Part shown: piece by piece, positions 55,318-64,000 of the stretch | Layout of the letters: every line of letters begins with the position of its first letter | Position numbering within the stretch: the stretch's first letter is position 1 | From: an uncultured Sphingomonas sp. | GTDB taxonomy: Bacteria > Pseudomonadota > Alphaproteobacteria > Sphingomonadales > Sphingomonadaceae | Assembly (NCBI RefSeq): GCF_964237155.1 | Contig: NZ_CAXSHH010000001.1 | Coordinates: forward strand, 45,891 to 109,890 | Reading direction: 5' to 3' | DNA length: 64,000 bases | Notes under the pieces: generated by a model | Seen by the model: only the letters and a program-made list of their open reading frames with translations | What the model was told of the DNA's origin: nothing | Databases searched by the model: none | Position numbers and translations under genes: made by a program

Positions 55318-56937
55318 ATGGCCAGCTTCAAGCGGATCAACCGCATTCTTCTGGCGGGCACCGCCTGCCTCGCGCTCGCGTCGTGCGACGGATCGGACAG
55401 CGTCGCCTCGCCGGGCGAAGGCGTGCTGGTCGTGCCGGCCACTCCGGCCCCCGCACCCTCGCCGACCGCGAGTCCGACGCCGACGAGCGGCCCGGCCGCC
55501 TCGTGTCCGGCGGGGACCGAGTCGGTCGGCACGATCGCCAATACGTACCGCAGCTGTCGGCTGCCGTCGTCGATCACCGGCGCGCTGTCGTTGCCGCGCG
55601 CGACCGGCGTGGCGTACGAGCTGAACGGACGCGTCGATGTGGGCGTCGACGTCGGGGGCGCCGGAACCACGGTCGGCGGAACTAGCGGGACGCTGACGAT
55701 CGCTCCGGGCGCGGTGGTCTACGCGAACACGACCAACACCGATAACGACTTCCTGGTCGTCAATCGCGGGTCGCGGATGGTCGCCGAGGGAACGGAGGCG
55801 CTTCCGATCATATTCACCGCGCAACAGAACCTGGCCGGAACCGTGACCGACGAGAGCCAGGGATTGTGGGGCGGCATCATCATGGCCGGCCGCGCGCCCA
55901 TCTCGAATTGCCTGGGTTCCGGTATCGTCGGCGGTACCGCCCAATGCGAGAATCTGGTCGAAGGCACGACCACCGCGCTTTACGGCGGCGCGACGCCGAC
56001 CGACAATTCCGGGATCGTCCGCTACGTTCAGATCCGGTATTCGGGAACGATCATCAGCCCCAACAACGAACTCCAGGGCCTGACGCTGGCGGGGACCGGG
56101 TCGGGCACCACGATCGACCGAGTTCAAGTGCACAACAGTTCGGACGACGGGGTCGAGATCTTCGGCGGGCGCACGAACCTCCGCTATCTGGCGCTGACCG
56201 GCGCGGACGACGACGGGTTGGACACCGACGTGGGTTGGCAGGGCTTCGCGCAGTTCGTGCTCGCCATCCAGCGTCCCAACAACACGACCGGCGACAATTT
56301 CTCGACGGAGATCGATTCGAACAACGCCGAGGACGCGTTGCCGCGTCAGCGCTACAATCTGGCGAACTTCACCTTCGTGTCGACGTCGACGGCGACCACC
56401 GCCGCCATTCGCCTACGCGGCGGCGCGGATGCGCGGTTCGTGAACGGGTTGGTGACGGCGCCGCGCGCGTGCTTGAACATCGTTGCGGGCACCACGGACA
56501 ATGGCGGAAAGTCGACGATCCGGCCCGCGAACGCCGCCGTCGACGATCAGGGCCCGCCCATCTTCAACTCGGTGCTGTTCAACTGTGCGACCCCGTTTAC
56601 CTCGCTTGGAGACGACGGCCGGACGCTAGTCGTAAATAGTGTCACGGTCACGGAGGACGAACAACGCGCCGTCTTCACCGCGACGCCGAGCTCGGGCAAC
56701 AACGAGGCGGCGGGCGTGATCCTCAACGGCTTCCTGCCCACCGGTGCCGCGCTGACGGCGGCGGCGTTCAACGCGGCCACGTTGAACCCGACGGGTACGT
56801 CGTTCCTGGTCTCCACCAACTTCCTGGGAGCCGTGAACGGGGCCAACGACACCAGCTTCCAGCGCTGGACCTGCAACTCCAACCGCGCGAATTTCGGCCC
56901 GAACAGCACCAACTGCACGGCCGCGCCCGCGACCTGA
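55318..56937 (+). CDS. Hypothetical lipoprotein, probable accessory protein of the downstream TonB-dependent receptor
   Basis: Lipobox LALASC. 539 aa. Repetitive Gly/Thr/Asn-rich beta-strand-like segments (VHNSSDDGVEIFGGRTNLRYLALTGADDDGLDTDVGWQG) suggest a parallel beta-helix. Only a 61-nt gap separates it from the receptor gene. Confidence 0.65.
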   Translation: MASFKRINRILLAGTACLALASCDGSDSVASPGEGVLVVPATPAPAPSPTASPTPTSGPAASCPAGTESVGTIANTYRSCRLPSSITGALSLPRATGVAYELNGRVDVGVDVGGAGTTVGGTSGTLTIAPGAVVYANTTNTDNDFLVVNRGSRMVAEGTEALPIIFTAQQNLAGTVTDESQGLWGGIIMAGRAPISNCLGSGIVGGTAQCENLVEGTTTALYGGATPTDNSGIVRYVQIRYSGTIISPNNELQGLTLAGTGSGTTIDRVQVHNSSDDGVEIFGGRTNLRYLALTGADDDGLDTDVGWQGFAQFVLAIQRPNNTTGDNFSTEIDSNNAEDALPRQRYNLANFTFVSTSTATTAAIRLRGGADARFVNGLVTAPRACLNIVAGTTDNGGKSTIRPANAAVDDQGPPIFNSVLFNCATPFTSLGDDGRTLVVNSVTVTEDEQRAVFTATPSSGNNEAAGVILNGFLPTGAALTAAAFNAATLNPTGTSFLVSTNFLGAVNGANDTSFQRWTCNSNRANFGPNSTNCTAAPAT

Positions 56938-56998
56938 CCGGCATCGGCGGGCGACCGAGGGGGTCGCCCGCCCACTCATTCCAGCGTCCGGGGCAGCC

Positions 56999-59749
56999 AT
57001 GAAGACGACCACGATCCTATCCGTTCTCCTCGCCAGCACCGCGCTCGCGCCCGCCGCCGCCTGGGGGCAGGCGTCCGGTGGGACCGCCGCGCCGACCAAC
57101 AGCGGCGGCGTCGGCAGCACCCCCACCGGCATGGGGGACCAGACGAGCGCGCCCGGCGGGCAGGCGCTCCAGCCGTCGGCGGGCGATACCGCTCCGGCGG
57201 AGGAGCAGGTCGAGATTTCCGGTCCAGGCGGCGCGGCGCCGGCCGAAGAGGTGGTCGTCACCGGATCGCGCATCCCCAACGTCCAACGGCGCTCGGCCGA
57301 AGTGGTCAGCGTCCTATCGACCGCCGACATCGCTCGGACGGGCGAGGGCGACATCGCGGGCGCGCTCAGCCGCGTGACCGGGTTGTCGCTGGTCGGCAAC
57401 GGCTTCGTCTATGTCCGCGGTCTCGGCGATCGTTATTCGTCGTCGCTCCTCAACGGTTCGCCGTTGCCGAGCCCCGAGCCGCTGCGCCGCGTCGTGCCTC
57501 TCGACATCTTTCCGACCAACGTCACCGCGTCGGCGGTCGTCCAGAAGACCTATTCGGTCAATTATCCGGCCGAGTTCGGCGGCGGCGTCATCAACCTGAC
57601 CACGCGCGCCGTGCCGGACGAGAGCTTCCTGCAGATCGGCGGTTCGATCGGGGCCGACACGGTCACGACGAGCGAGGTCGGCTATGTCTATGACGGCGGC
57701 GATCACGACTGGACCGGTTTCGACAGCGGCACCCGGAAGGTGCCGAACTTCATCAAGGCGGCGGGCAGCGGCGGGCGCGATGTCGGCACGGCCGATGCGA
57801 TCAATCTTAACAATGCGCAAACGTCGTTGCTTCTGCAGAACAATCAGCTGCCGGCCAATTATTCGTACGAGGTCAGCCTCGGGTCGTCGGTAGATGTCGG
57901 ATCGGTCCGTCTGGGCGTGATCGGCGCGGCCGGCTTGTCGAACGGGTGGCGTACCCGGTCGATCCGGCAACAGGTGGCCACCGACGCCGCCGGCGGCTTG
58001 GAGAGCGACTTCCAGACGGGTCTCACCGACAACCGAGCGTTGGTGAACGGCTTGCTCGGTTTCGGGGCCGAGTTCGGCGACAACCGCATCCGGTGGACCA
58101 ATCTTTATATCCACGACACGCTGAAGCAAGGTCGGCTGGCGCGCGGATCGACGAGCAATTTGGGGTTGGGCGATCCGAACGTCGGCCGGCAGCCGTTGCT
58201 CGATCAGGCGACGCGCTGGTTCGAGCGCGAGCTGATCGACACCCAGCTCGTCGGCGAGTTCAAGATCGGTGCGGTTTCGCTCGACGCGCGCGGCGCGTAC
58301 GCCAAGACGCGGCGCGACAGCCCTTATGAGCGGTCGTTCCGATACGAATTCCGCTCGGCGGTCGACGACTACGTAAACGTCCTCAGCGGCAATTCGTTCG
58401 CCGAGCTCGACTTCAGCGAGCTCGACGAAAGGCTCTATACCGGCCAAGCGAACCTTAGCTGGGCGGTGCCGTTCGATACGCCTTTTAATTTGTCCGCCGG
58501 ATATTTCTACAGCGACACCGCACGGACGTCGTCGCGCTTCGACTTTCGCTTCTTCGGCCGGAACCGTCAGGCCTTGGACGAAACGTTCGCGCAGCTCCGC
58601 CCGGATTTCCTGTTGTCGGATTTCAACGTCCAGACCAACGGCATCACTCTGGTCAACGAGTCCACCTCGCAGGGGTCGGCGGCCTATGACGCGTCGCTGA
58701 AGATCAACGCCGGCTATGCGCAGGTCGAAGGCGAGATCACCTCGAAATTGCGCGCGCAGGTAGGCGTGCGGTACGAGACGGCCAAGCAAAGCGTCGTGCC
58801 GATCGGCGCCTTCGTCGGCACCCGGTTGAACAACGACTATTTCCTGCCGGCGGTGACGCTCACCTACAACCTCGCCGACGACATGCAGGTCCGTGGCCAC
58901 CTCTCCAAGACGCTCGCACGTCCGCAATTCCGCGAACTCGCGCCGCAGCTATATCAGGATTTCGAGTCGGACCGGTTGTTCTTCGGCAACCCGCTGCTCG
59001 TCGACTCGGAACTCTACAACGCCGAGCTCCGGTACGAATGGTTCTTCGCGCGCGATCAGCGCTTCGGCGCGTCGGGCTTCTACAAGCGGATCGACAAGCC
59101 CGTCGAGGCGGTCGCCTTCTTCGGCGGCGGCGACCGGCTCCAGACCGGGTTCGCCAACGCGCCGCAGGCGACGCTTTACGGCGGCGAGGCGGAGCTCCAG
59201 AAGTTCGTGCCGCTGAGCGGGCTCGGCTACGACTTCCTCGCGACGCGCCGGTTGGTGGCGATCGCCAACTACACCTACACCAAGTCGGAACTGAAGGTCG
59301 GTGGTGAGTTGATCCCGGACGTCGTCCAATCGACGAACCAGGTCCGCACCATCGCCGCCAGCACGCTGTTCCGCGACGGCGCCGCGCTGACGGGCCAGTC
59401 CGAGCACCTCGTCAACCTGCAGCTCGGGCTGGAGGACACGACCAAGCTGTCGCAGTTGACGGTGTTGTTCACCTACGCCAGCAATCGAGCGACCAACCGG
59501 GGCCCGGTCCAGTCCGGCGTACGGTTACCCGACCTGATCGAGCGGCCCGGCATCCGGCTCGATTTCGTCGCGCGTCAAGGGATCCGGCTGCCCTATGTGG
59601 ACAAGCAGATCGACCTGAAGTTCGAGGCGCGCAACCTGACCGGGACCGGCTACCGTGAGTTCCAGACGTTCGACAACGGCCAGCAGGTCGACAACAACCG
59701 CTACCGCCTGGGCCGAATCTTTTCGCTGGGCGCGAGCGTCACGCTCTGA
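56999..59749 (+). CDS. TonB-dependent outer membrane receptor
   Basis: 916 aa. Signal peptide, low-complexity N-extension, plug region (VVVTGSRIP..., SLVGNGFVYVRGLGDRYSSSLLNGSPLPS) and a long beta-barrel. Confidence 0.93.
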   Translation: MKTTTILSVLLASTALAPAAAWGQASGGTAAPTNSGGVGSTPTGMGDQTSAPGGQALQPSAGDTAPAEEQVEISGPGGAAPAEEVVVTGSRIPNVQRRSAEVVSVLSTADIARTGEGDIAGALSRVTGLSLVGNGFVYVRGLGDRYSSSLLNGSPLPSPEPLRRVVPLDIFPTNVTASAVVQKTYSVNYPAEFGGGVINLTTRAVPDESFLQIGGSIGADTVTTSEVGYVYDGGDHDWTGFDSGTRKVPNFIKAAGSGGRDVGTADAINLNNAQTSLLLQNNQLPANYSYEVSLGSSVDVGSVRLGVIGAAGLSNGWRTRSIRQQVATDAAGGLESDFQTGLTDNRALVNGLLGFGAEFGDNRIRWTNLYIHDTLKQGRLARGSTSNLGLGDPNVGRQPLLDQATRWFERELIDTQLVGEFKIGAVSLDARGAYAKTRRDSPYERSFRYEFRSAVDDYVNVLSGNSFAELDFSELDERLYTGQANLSWAVPFDTPFNLSAGYFYSDTARTSSRFDFRFFGRNRQALDETFAQLRPDFLLSDFNVQTNGITLVNESTSQGSAAYDASLKINAGYAQVEGEITSKLRAQVGVRYETAKQSVVPIGAFVGTRLNNDYFLPAVTLTYNLADDMQVRGHLSKTLARPQFRELAPQLYQDFESDRLFFGNPLLVDSELYNAELRYEWFFARDQRFGASGFYKRIDKPVEAVAFFGGGDRLQTGFANAPQATLYGGEAELQKFVPLSGLGYDFLATRRLVAIANYTYTKSELKVGGELIPDVVQSTNQVRTIAASTLFRDGAALTGQSEHLVNLQLGLEDTTKLSQLTVLFTYASNRATNRGPVQSGVRLPDLIERPGIRLDFVARQGIRLPYVDKQIDLKFEARNLTGTGYREFQTFDNGQQVDNNRYRLGRIFSLGASVTL

Positions 59750-59752
59750 CGT

Positions 59753-59790
59753 CGTCCATCCTCTCCCGCGAAGGCGGGAGAGGATGGACG
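59753..59790. terminator. Perfect 17-bp stem / GAAG loop hairpin between the convergent receptor and oxygenase genes (family-B-like core)
   Basis: CGTCCATCCTCTCCCGC-GAAG-GCGGGAGAGGATGGACG. There is no U-tract, so it is a bidirectional terminator candidate. Confidence 0.6.
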
Positions 59791-59791
59791 C

Positions 59792-60448
59792 TCATGCCCA
59801 AGGGCCCTCGCGGAACCACTTGGTCACGACGTATTTGATCCCGGCGCGCACCTTCATCCCCTGATGCAGGGTCGCGGGGTTCAGGCTCCCGTCGGCGCGG
59901 CGGTTGTTCCACGCCAGCAGCTTGCCCGTCTCGGGCGGCACGATCTTGTCGATCGCCTTGAACCGCGTCGCGCCGCCCGCCTCGGGTTCGTTCAGGTAGA
60001 TCATCACCGTCTAGGTCCGGTTGCCCGACGCCGCGCAATACCGGTCGTAATCGGCCCCGCTCGGCTCGAAATAATCGGTATGGCCCTTGAACTCCTGCCC
60101 GACCGCGTAGCGTTGCCCCTGGATCGGCTCGCCGTGGGCGGGGTCGAGCCCGGTCAGCGCCGCGATCCGCGCCTCGACTTCGGCGACCAGCGGATCGGCC
60201 CCGTCCAGGTCGCCCGTCTCGCTCGTCCGATACGACGCGTCGCCGTTCGGATCGGCGATCGTCGAGGGCCGCCGCACCGCGTCGATCCGCTCCGTCAACG
60301 CCGCGCACACGTCGGGTGCCAGGAACGCGCGCCTGATGAACAGCGTCAGTTTGGGGCTCGGTACCCGCTGCACGTTCCCTCGCGCGGACAGGTGCGCGAC
60401 GATGGGCTCCGACGGGTGGCCCGAGCCGAGGGGAAGGATCGCCGCCAT
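59792..60448 (-). pseudogene. 2OG-Fe(II) oxygenase (prolyl 4-hydroxylase-like) interrupted by one in-frame TAG
   Basis: Track ORFs 60011..60622 and 59792..60007 are in the same frame, separated only by TAG (60011-60013) and one Thr codon: ...GHTDYFEPSGADYDRYCAASGNRT*TVMIYLNEPEAGGATRF...LHQGMKV...KYVVTKW. The HxD motif lies upstream of the stop and the distal His and Lys/Arg lie downstream. The start (60448 or 60490) is uncertain. Confidence 0.72.
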
Positions 60449-60563
60449 GACGCCACCGTGCAACGACCGCCCGCCGCACCGCAAGATCATCGGCGCCCCC
60501 CTTTGACGCACCGCTGTAACATGGCACACGTAGCGCCGCCCTGGGGGTTGGATTAGACACTCG

Positions 60564-61385
60564 ATGCGATTGCAACTCGACGCGCGCGCGCGCCGCTGGC
60601 TGGGGCGGCTGCCCGTCGTCAACCTCTACTCGCTCGCCGAGCTGGTGCTGATGGCCGTGCTCGCCGCGCAGCTGGCCCGGCTGTTCTGGGCGATCGCGAC
60701 CCCCGTCGATCCCCTGGGCGAATGGCGTCCGGCCCCCGTCGTCATCCCCGGATCGCCCGTCGATACGCTCACCTCGTTCGACCCCTTCTTCCGGCTCAGC
60801 GGCGCGGCCGCCGGTCCCGCGGTCGTCACCTCGTTGCAATTGAAGCTGTTCGGCATCCGCATCGACGACGCGACCGGGCGCGGCGCGGCGATCGTCGCGG
60901 GACCCGACGGTCTCCAGCGCAGCATATCCGTCGGCGAGGAAGTGTCGCCCGGCGTCCGCCTGACCGCGGTCGCGTTCGACCATATCACGCTCGACCGCGG
61001 CGGGGCGAGCGAGGACCTGTTCCTCGATCAGTCGACCCAGGTCACGCCCGTCCAGCCGAGCGCGCCCGCGACCGCCGGCGGCGCGCCCGGTCCCGCGGGC
61101 GTTCCCGTCGCTAGCCTGCGCCAGGAGGTCGGTTTCATCCCGCGCATCGACGCGGGGCGGGTGAGCGGCCTCGTCCTCCGATCGCAAGGTACCGGCGCGG
61201 TGTTCGCGCAGGCGGGGCTCCAGAACGGCGACGTGCTCGTCTCGATCGCGGGGCGTCCGGTGACCGGCCCCGACGACATCGACCGGGTCGCGCGCGATTT
61301 CGCGAATGGCGGCAACCTTCCCATCAGCGTCGAGCGCGGCGGCCAGACGCTGCCCCTCGCCATCACGATCGCCCCGCCGCAATGA
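60564..61385 (+). CDS. gspC: Type II secretion system protein C
   Basis: N-terminal TM LAELVLMAVLAAQLARLFWAI. C-terminal PDZ-like segment (GLVLRSQGTGAVFAQAGLQNGDVLVSIAGRPV). Directly upstream of gspD and overlapping it. Confidence 0.78.
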   Translation: MRLQLDARARRWLGRLPVVNLYSLAELVLMAVLAAQLARLFWAIATPVDPLGEWRPAPVVIPGSPVDTLTSFDPFFRLSGAAAGPAVVTSLQLKLFGIRIDDATGRGAAIVAGPDGLQRSISVGEEVSPGVRLTAVAFDHITLDRGGASEDLFLDQSTQVTPVQPSAPATAGGAPGPAGVPVASLRQEVGFIPRIDAGRVSGLVLRSQGTGAVFAQAGLQNGDVLVSIAGRPVTGPDDIDRVARDFANGGNLPISVERGGQTLPLAITIAPPQ

Positions 61386-63586
61386 CCAACCTCCGCCTAC
61401 CGTTCCTCGCCATAGCGCTCGCGGCGGCCACTCAGCTGACGGCCCAAACGACCCTGAACGTCCGCGACGCCGACATCCGCGCCTTCATCGCCGATGCCGC
61501 CAAGGTGACGGGCCGCACCTTCATCATCGACAGCCGGGTGCAGGGCAAGGTGACCGTCGTCACCGACCGCCCGCTGTCGCGCACCGAGTATCTCGAGGTG
61601 TTCCTGTCGACGCTGCGGTCGAACAGCTTGATCGCGGTGCCGACCGGCAACGGCGCGTTCCGCGTCCAGCCGCTCGACGGTGCGGCGACCCAGCCCACGC
61701 GGGTGGGTTCCGCGGGCGCGTCGCGCAACGCCTTCGTGACCGAGATCGTCCGACTACGCTCGATCGACGCGCAGTCCGCGCTCGACACGGTGCGCCCGCT
61801 CGTAAGCCAGCAGGGATCGGTCACCGCCAACCGCGCGGGCAACTCGATCGTGCTCGTCGATTTCGCCGACAACATCCGCCGCATCCGCGAGGTGCTGCGC
61901 CGGGTGGACACCGACAACGCCTCGACCCGCGTCGTCACGCTCCGGAACGCGGGCGCGCGCGAGATCGCCGTCGCGCTGCAGGCGTTGGGGCAGGCGGGCG
62001 CCCAAGGGGGAGCGCAGGGCGCGCAGTCCGCCTCGGTCGTCGCGGTCGAGAGCGCCAACTCGATCGCGCTCAGGGGCGACGCGCCCACCGTCGCGCGCCT
62101 CGCCGCGATCGCCGCCGAGCTCGACCGCAAGGCGCGCAACGGGACCGAGATCAAGGTCGTGTTCCTCCAGAACGCCGACGCCGAACAGCTCCTGCCCGTC
62201 CTCCAGCAGCTCGTCGGCCAGACCCCCGACCAGCCGACGCAACAGACGCTCGGCCGCGGCAATTTCAGTGGCGGCGGGACCGGCGGCGCGAACAACAGCG
62301 CGGGCGTAGCGCCCTCATCACCACCGCCGGTCCAAGCCTCGTCCGGCGGCGGAGGCGGTGGCCAGACCGGGGCCGAGCCCGCCATCTCGACGCAAGGGGG
62401 GCGCACCGCCGCCGTCGTCACGCGCTTCGCCGGCGCGAACGCGATCGTCATCGCCGCGCCGGCCGACATCCAGCGCCAGCTGAACGAGGTCATCAGCCAG
62501 CTCGACACCCGGCGCGAGCAGGTGCTGGTCGAGGCGATCATCGCCGAGGTGTCGGACGCGACCGCCCAGCGGCTTGGCGCGCAATTCCTGCTCGGCAACC
62601 TGTCGGGCGGCGCGTTCGCGGCGTCGACCTACGCCAACACCGCGCCCAACATCCTGACCATCGCCGGCGCGATCGGCGCGCGCGAACTGGGCACTCAGAC
62701 GACGACGATCAACGGGAATAACGTGATCACGGGCACAAACAACGCTGCGAGCGATCAGCTGGCGCAGACGGCGATCCAGTCGATCCTAGGCACCAGCGGC
62801 GGCTTCGCCGGGTTCGGCGGTGCGGTCGGCGACACGATCTTCGGGGCGATCATCAACGCGGTGAAGAGCGACACCGCCTCCAACCTGCTCCAGGCGCCAC
62901 ATCTTCTCACGCTCGACAATCAGCAGGCGTCGATCCTGGTCGGGCAGGAGATTCCCATCACGACCGGACAGGCCTTGAGCAACAATTTCGACAACGCGTT
63001 CCGGACGGTGCAGCGCGAGAATGTTGGTATCCAGCTCGATGTCCGGCCGCAGGTGAACGCCAGCGGCGTGATCAAGCTGCAAGTCCGCCAGGAGATCAGC
63101 TCGATCGCCGGACCCGTCTCCGCCGACAATTCGGAGCTGATCCTCAACAAGCGGGCAATCGAGAACACCTTCACCGTTGATGACGGCCAGATTGCGGTGA
63201 TCGGCGGCCTGTTGTCCGACGAGGAGCGCCGCACGATCGAGAAGATCCCGTTCCTGGGCGACCTGCCGGGCATCGGCGGGCTGTTCCGTTCGAAGGCGCG
63301 ATCGCGGACCAAGACCAACCTGATGGTGTTCATCCGCCCGACGATCCTGCGCACCGCCGCCGACAGCCGCCGCATGACCGAACAGCGTTACGGCTATCTC
63401 CGCCAGCTCCAGGGCTATGCGATCCCGAACGCCGAGCCCTCGATCGACCAGCTGGTGCGCGATTACATGGGCGCGGCGCCCCCGATCCCGTCCGCGCCGA
63501 GCCCGGGCAACGTCGAGGACCCGAACATCGCCGCGCCGGTGCAGCTTCGATCGACGACGACCACCAGGCGGGTGCGGACGCGGTGA
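61382..63586 (+). CDS. gspD: Type II secretion system secretin
   Basis: 734 aa. N0-N3 domains and a secretin C-domain (IPFLGDLPGIGGLFRSKARSRTKTNLMVFIRPTIL). Confidence 0.95.
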   Translation: MTNLRLPFLAIALAAATQLTAQTTLNVRDADIRAFIADAAKVTGRTFIIDSRVQGKVTVVTDRPLSRTEYLEVFLSTLRSNSLIAVPTGNGAFRVQPLDGAATQPTRVGSAGASRNAFVTEIVRLRSIDAQSALDTVRPLVSQQGSVTANRAGNSIVLVDFADNIRRIREVLRRVDTDNASTRVVTLRNAGAREIAVALQALGQAGAQGGAQGAQSASVVAVESANSIALRGDAPTVARLAAIAAELDRKARNGTEIKVVFLQNADAEQLLPVLQQLVGQTPDQPTQQTLGRGNFSGGGTGGANNSAGVAPSSPPPVQASSGGGGGGQTGAEPAISTQGGRTAAVVTRFAGANAIVIAAPADIQRQLNEVISQLDTRREQVLVEAIIAEVSDATAQRLGAQFLLGNLSGGAFAASTYANTAPNILTIAGAIGARELGTQTTTINGNNVITGTNNAASDQLAQTAIQSILGTSGGFAGFGGAVGDTIFGAIINAVKSDTASNLLQAPHLLTLDNQQASILVGQEIPITTGQALSNNFDNAFRTVQRENVGIQLDVRPQVNASGVIKLQVRQEISSIAGPVSADNSELILNKRAIENTFTVDDGQIAVIGGLLSDEERRTIEKIPFLGDLPGIGGLFRSKARSRTKTNLMVFIRPTILRTAADSRRMTEQRYGYLRQLQGYAIPNAEPSIDQLVRDYMGAAPPIPSAPSPGNVEDPNIAAPVQLRSTTTTRRVRTR

Positions 63587-63638
63587 GCGACCGGTTTGAC
63601 GGCTTCGCGCGACGCCTGCGCGGGAGTATGGAGGCGGC

Positions 63639-64000
63639 GTGACCGAGCCGCGCTCCCCGCCGACGACCGCCGCGCCCGACGGCGCGCTCGCGTTCGGCGA
63701 CGCGGCGACCGAGCGCGACGTGCTGATCCGCCGCGGCGGCGACGACGGCGACGAAGCGCTGGCCATCCTCCACGCCGCCCATGCGACCGAGGCGGACGCG
63801 CTAGAACTCGCCGCCGATACCGTGGCCACCGACCGCGTGGTCGCCGCGCCTTCGGTCGCGCCGATCGTTCCGGTCCCGGCGATCCCGTATCTGTTCGCTC
63901 GCCGCTTCGGCACCGTGCTGCGTCACACGGGAGTCGACGGCCCGCTCACGATCGGCCTGCGCGAGGGTGCGGACCCGCGCGCGCTGATCGAGCTCCGCCG
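63639..64000 (+). CDS. gspE: Type II secretion ATPase GspE, 5' fragment (runs off the window)
   Basis: Open frame from the GTG at 63639 to the window end. It contains the N1-domain-like segment IPYLFARRFGTVLRH...LTIGLREGADPRALIELR. Position after gspC-gspD. The start codon is uncertain. Confidence 0.65.
   Translation, partial: MTEPRSPPTTAAPDGALAFGDAATERDVLIRRGGDDGDEALAILHAAHATEADALELAADTVATDRVVAAPSVAPIVPVPAIPYLFARRFGTVLRHTGVDGPLTIGLREGADPRALIELR

Noticed and set aside
57314-58927. 537-aa ORF on the minus strand
   Set aside because: It is antisense to the TonB-dependent receptor and has Arg-rich artefact composition.
60581-60594. Alternating (CG)n run inside the gspC 5' end
   Set aside because: It is a short alternating tract encoding Ala/Arg codons (ARARR) in a GC-rich gene. 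There is no evidence of phase variation or any function.
59739-61382. 547-aa ORF on the minus strand
   Set aside because: It runs antisense through gspC and in an alternative frame of the oxygenase. It is an Arg/Asp/Gly-rich artefact.
62786-63913. 375-aa ORF on the minus strand
   Set aside because: It is antisense to the gspD secretin domain and the gspE start. No motif supports it.

Overview
GC-rich alphaproteobacterial chromosome segment. Gene order, codon bias and the two palindromic repeat families look Sphingomonadaceae-like, but that is an inference. I support about 60 protein genes, almost all core housekeeping. In order: lptD, pepA-holC, ndk, purM-purN, a 4-gene overlapping chain (unknown)-hdaA-ppk-ppx, rnd, aspS, glpD, rnr, an ABC exporter, phaZ, maoC-thiolase, putA, a type IB topoisomerase, an aldehyde dehydrogenase, tonB, ruvX, gatC-gatA-[vapBC]-gatB, a BepA-like M48 operon, tRNA-Leu, tig, clpP, clpX, an M1 peptidase, lon-hupB-tRNA-Val, a lipoprotein plus TonB-dependent receptor operon, and the start of a type II secretion cluster (gspC, gspD, 5' end of gspE). 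I saw no rRNA, CRISPR array, transposase, integrase or phage structural genes, and no convincing large multi-gene novel defence island. The observations most worth a second look are:
1. A nested-palindrome repeat element sits in-frame inside putA. Copies of the same family are intergenic, and one provides the last codons and stop of glpD.
2. A second three-hairpin repeat family lies in divergent promoter regions.
3. A vapBC toxin-antitoxin pair is inserted inside the gatCAB operon and is translationally coupled to gatB.
4. An orphan divergent switch lies upstream of topIB. It consists of an S24 LexA-like repressor facing a 59-aa gene with a coupled 100-aa unknown gene. A perfect alphaproteobacterial SOS-box pattern (GTTC-N7-GTTC) sits between them.
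5. There are several unannotated small genes: a 30-aa hydrophobic peptide with a perfect SD, three tandem acidic disordered proteins, and a CXXCH mini-protein coupled to DUF2243.
6. There are two decayed genes: a saccharopine-dehydrogenase-like gene with an internal deletion and frameshift, and a 2OG-Fe(II) oxygenase with a single in-frame TAG.
All homology calls come from motif recognition by eye. No database search was run.
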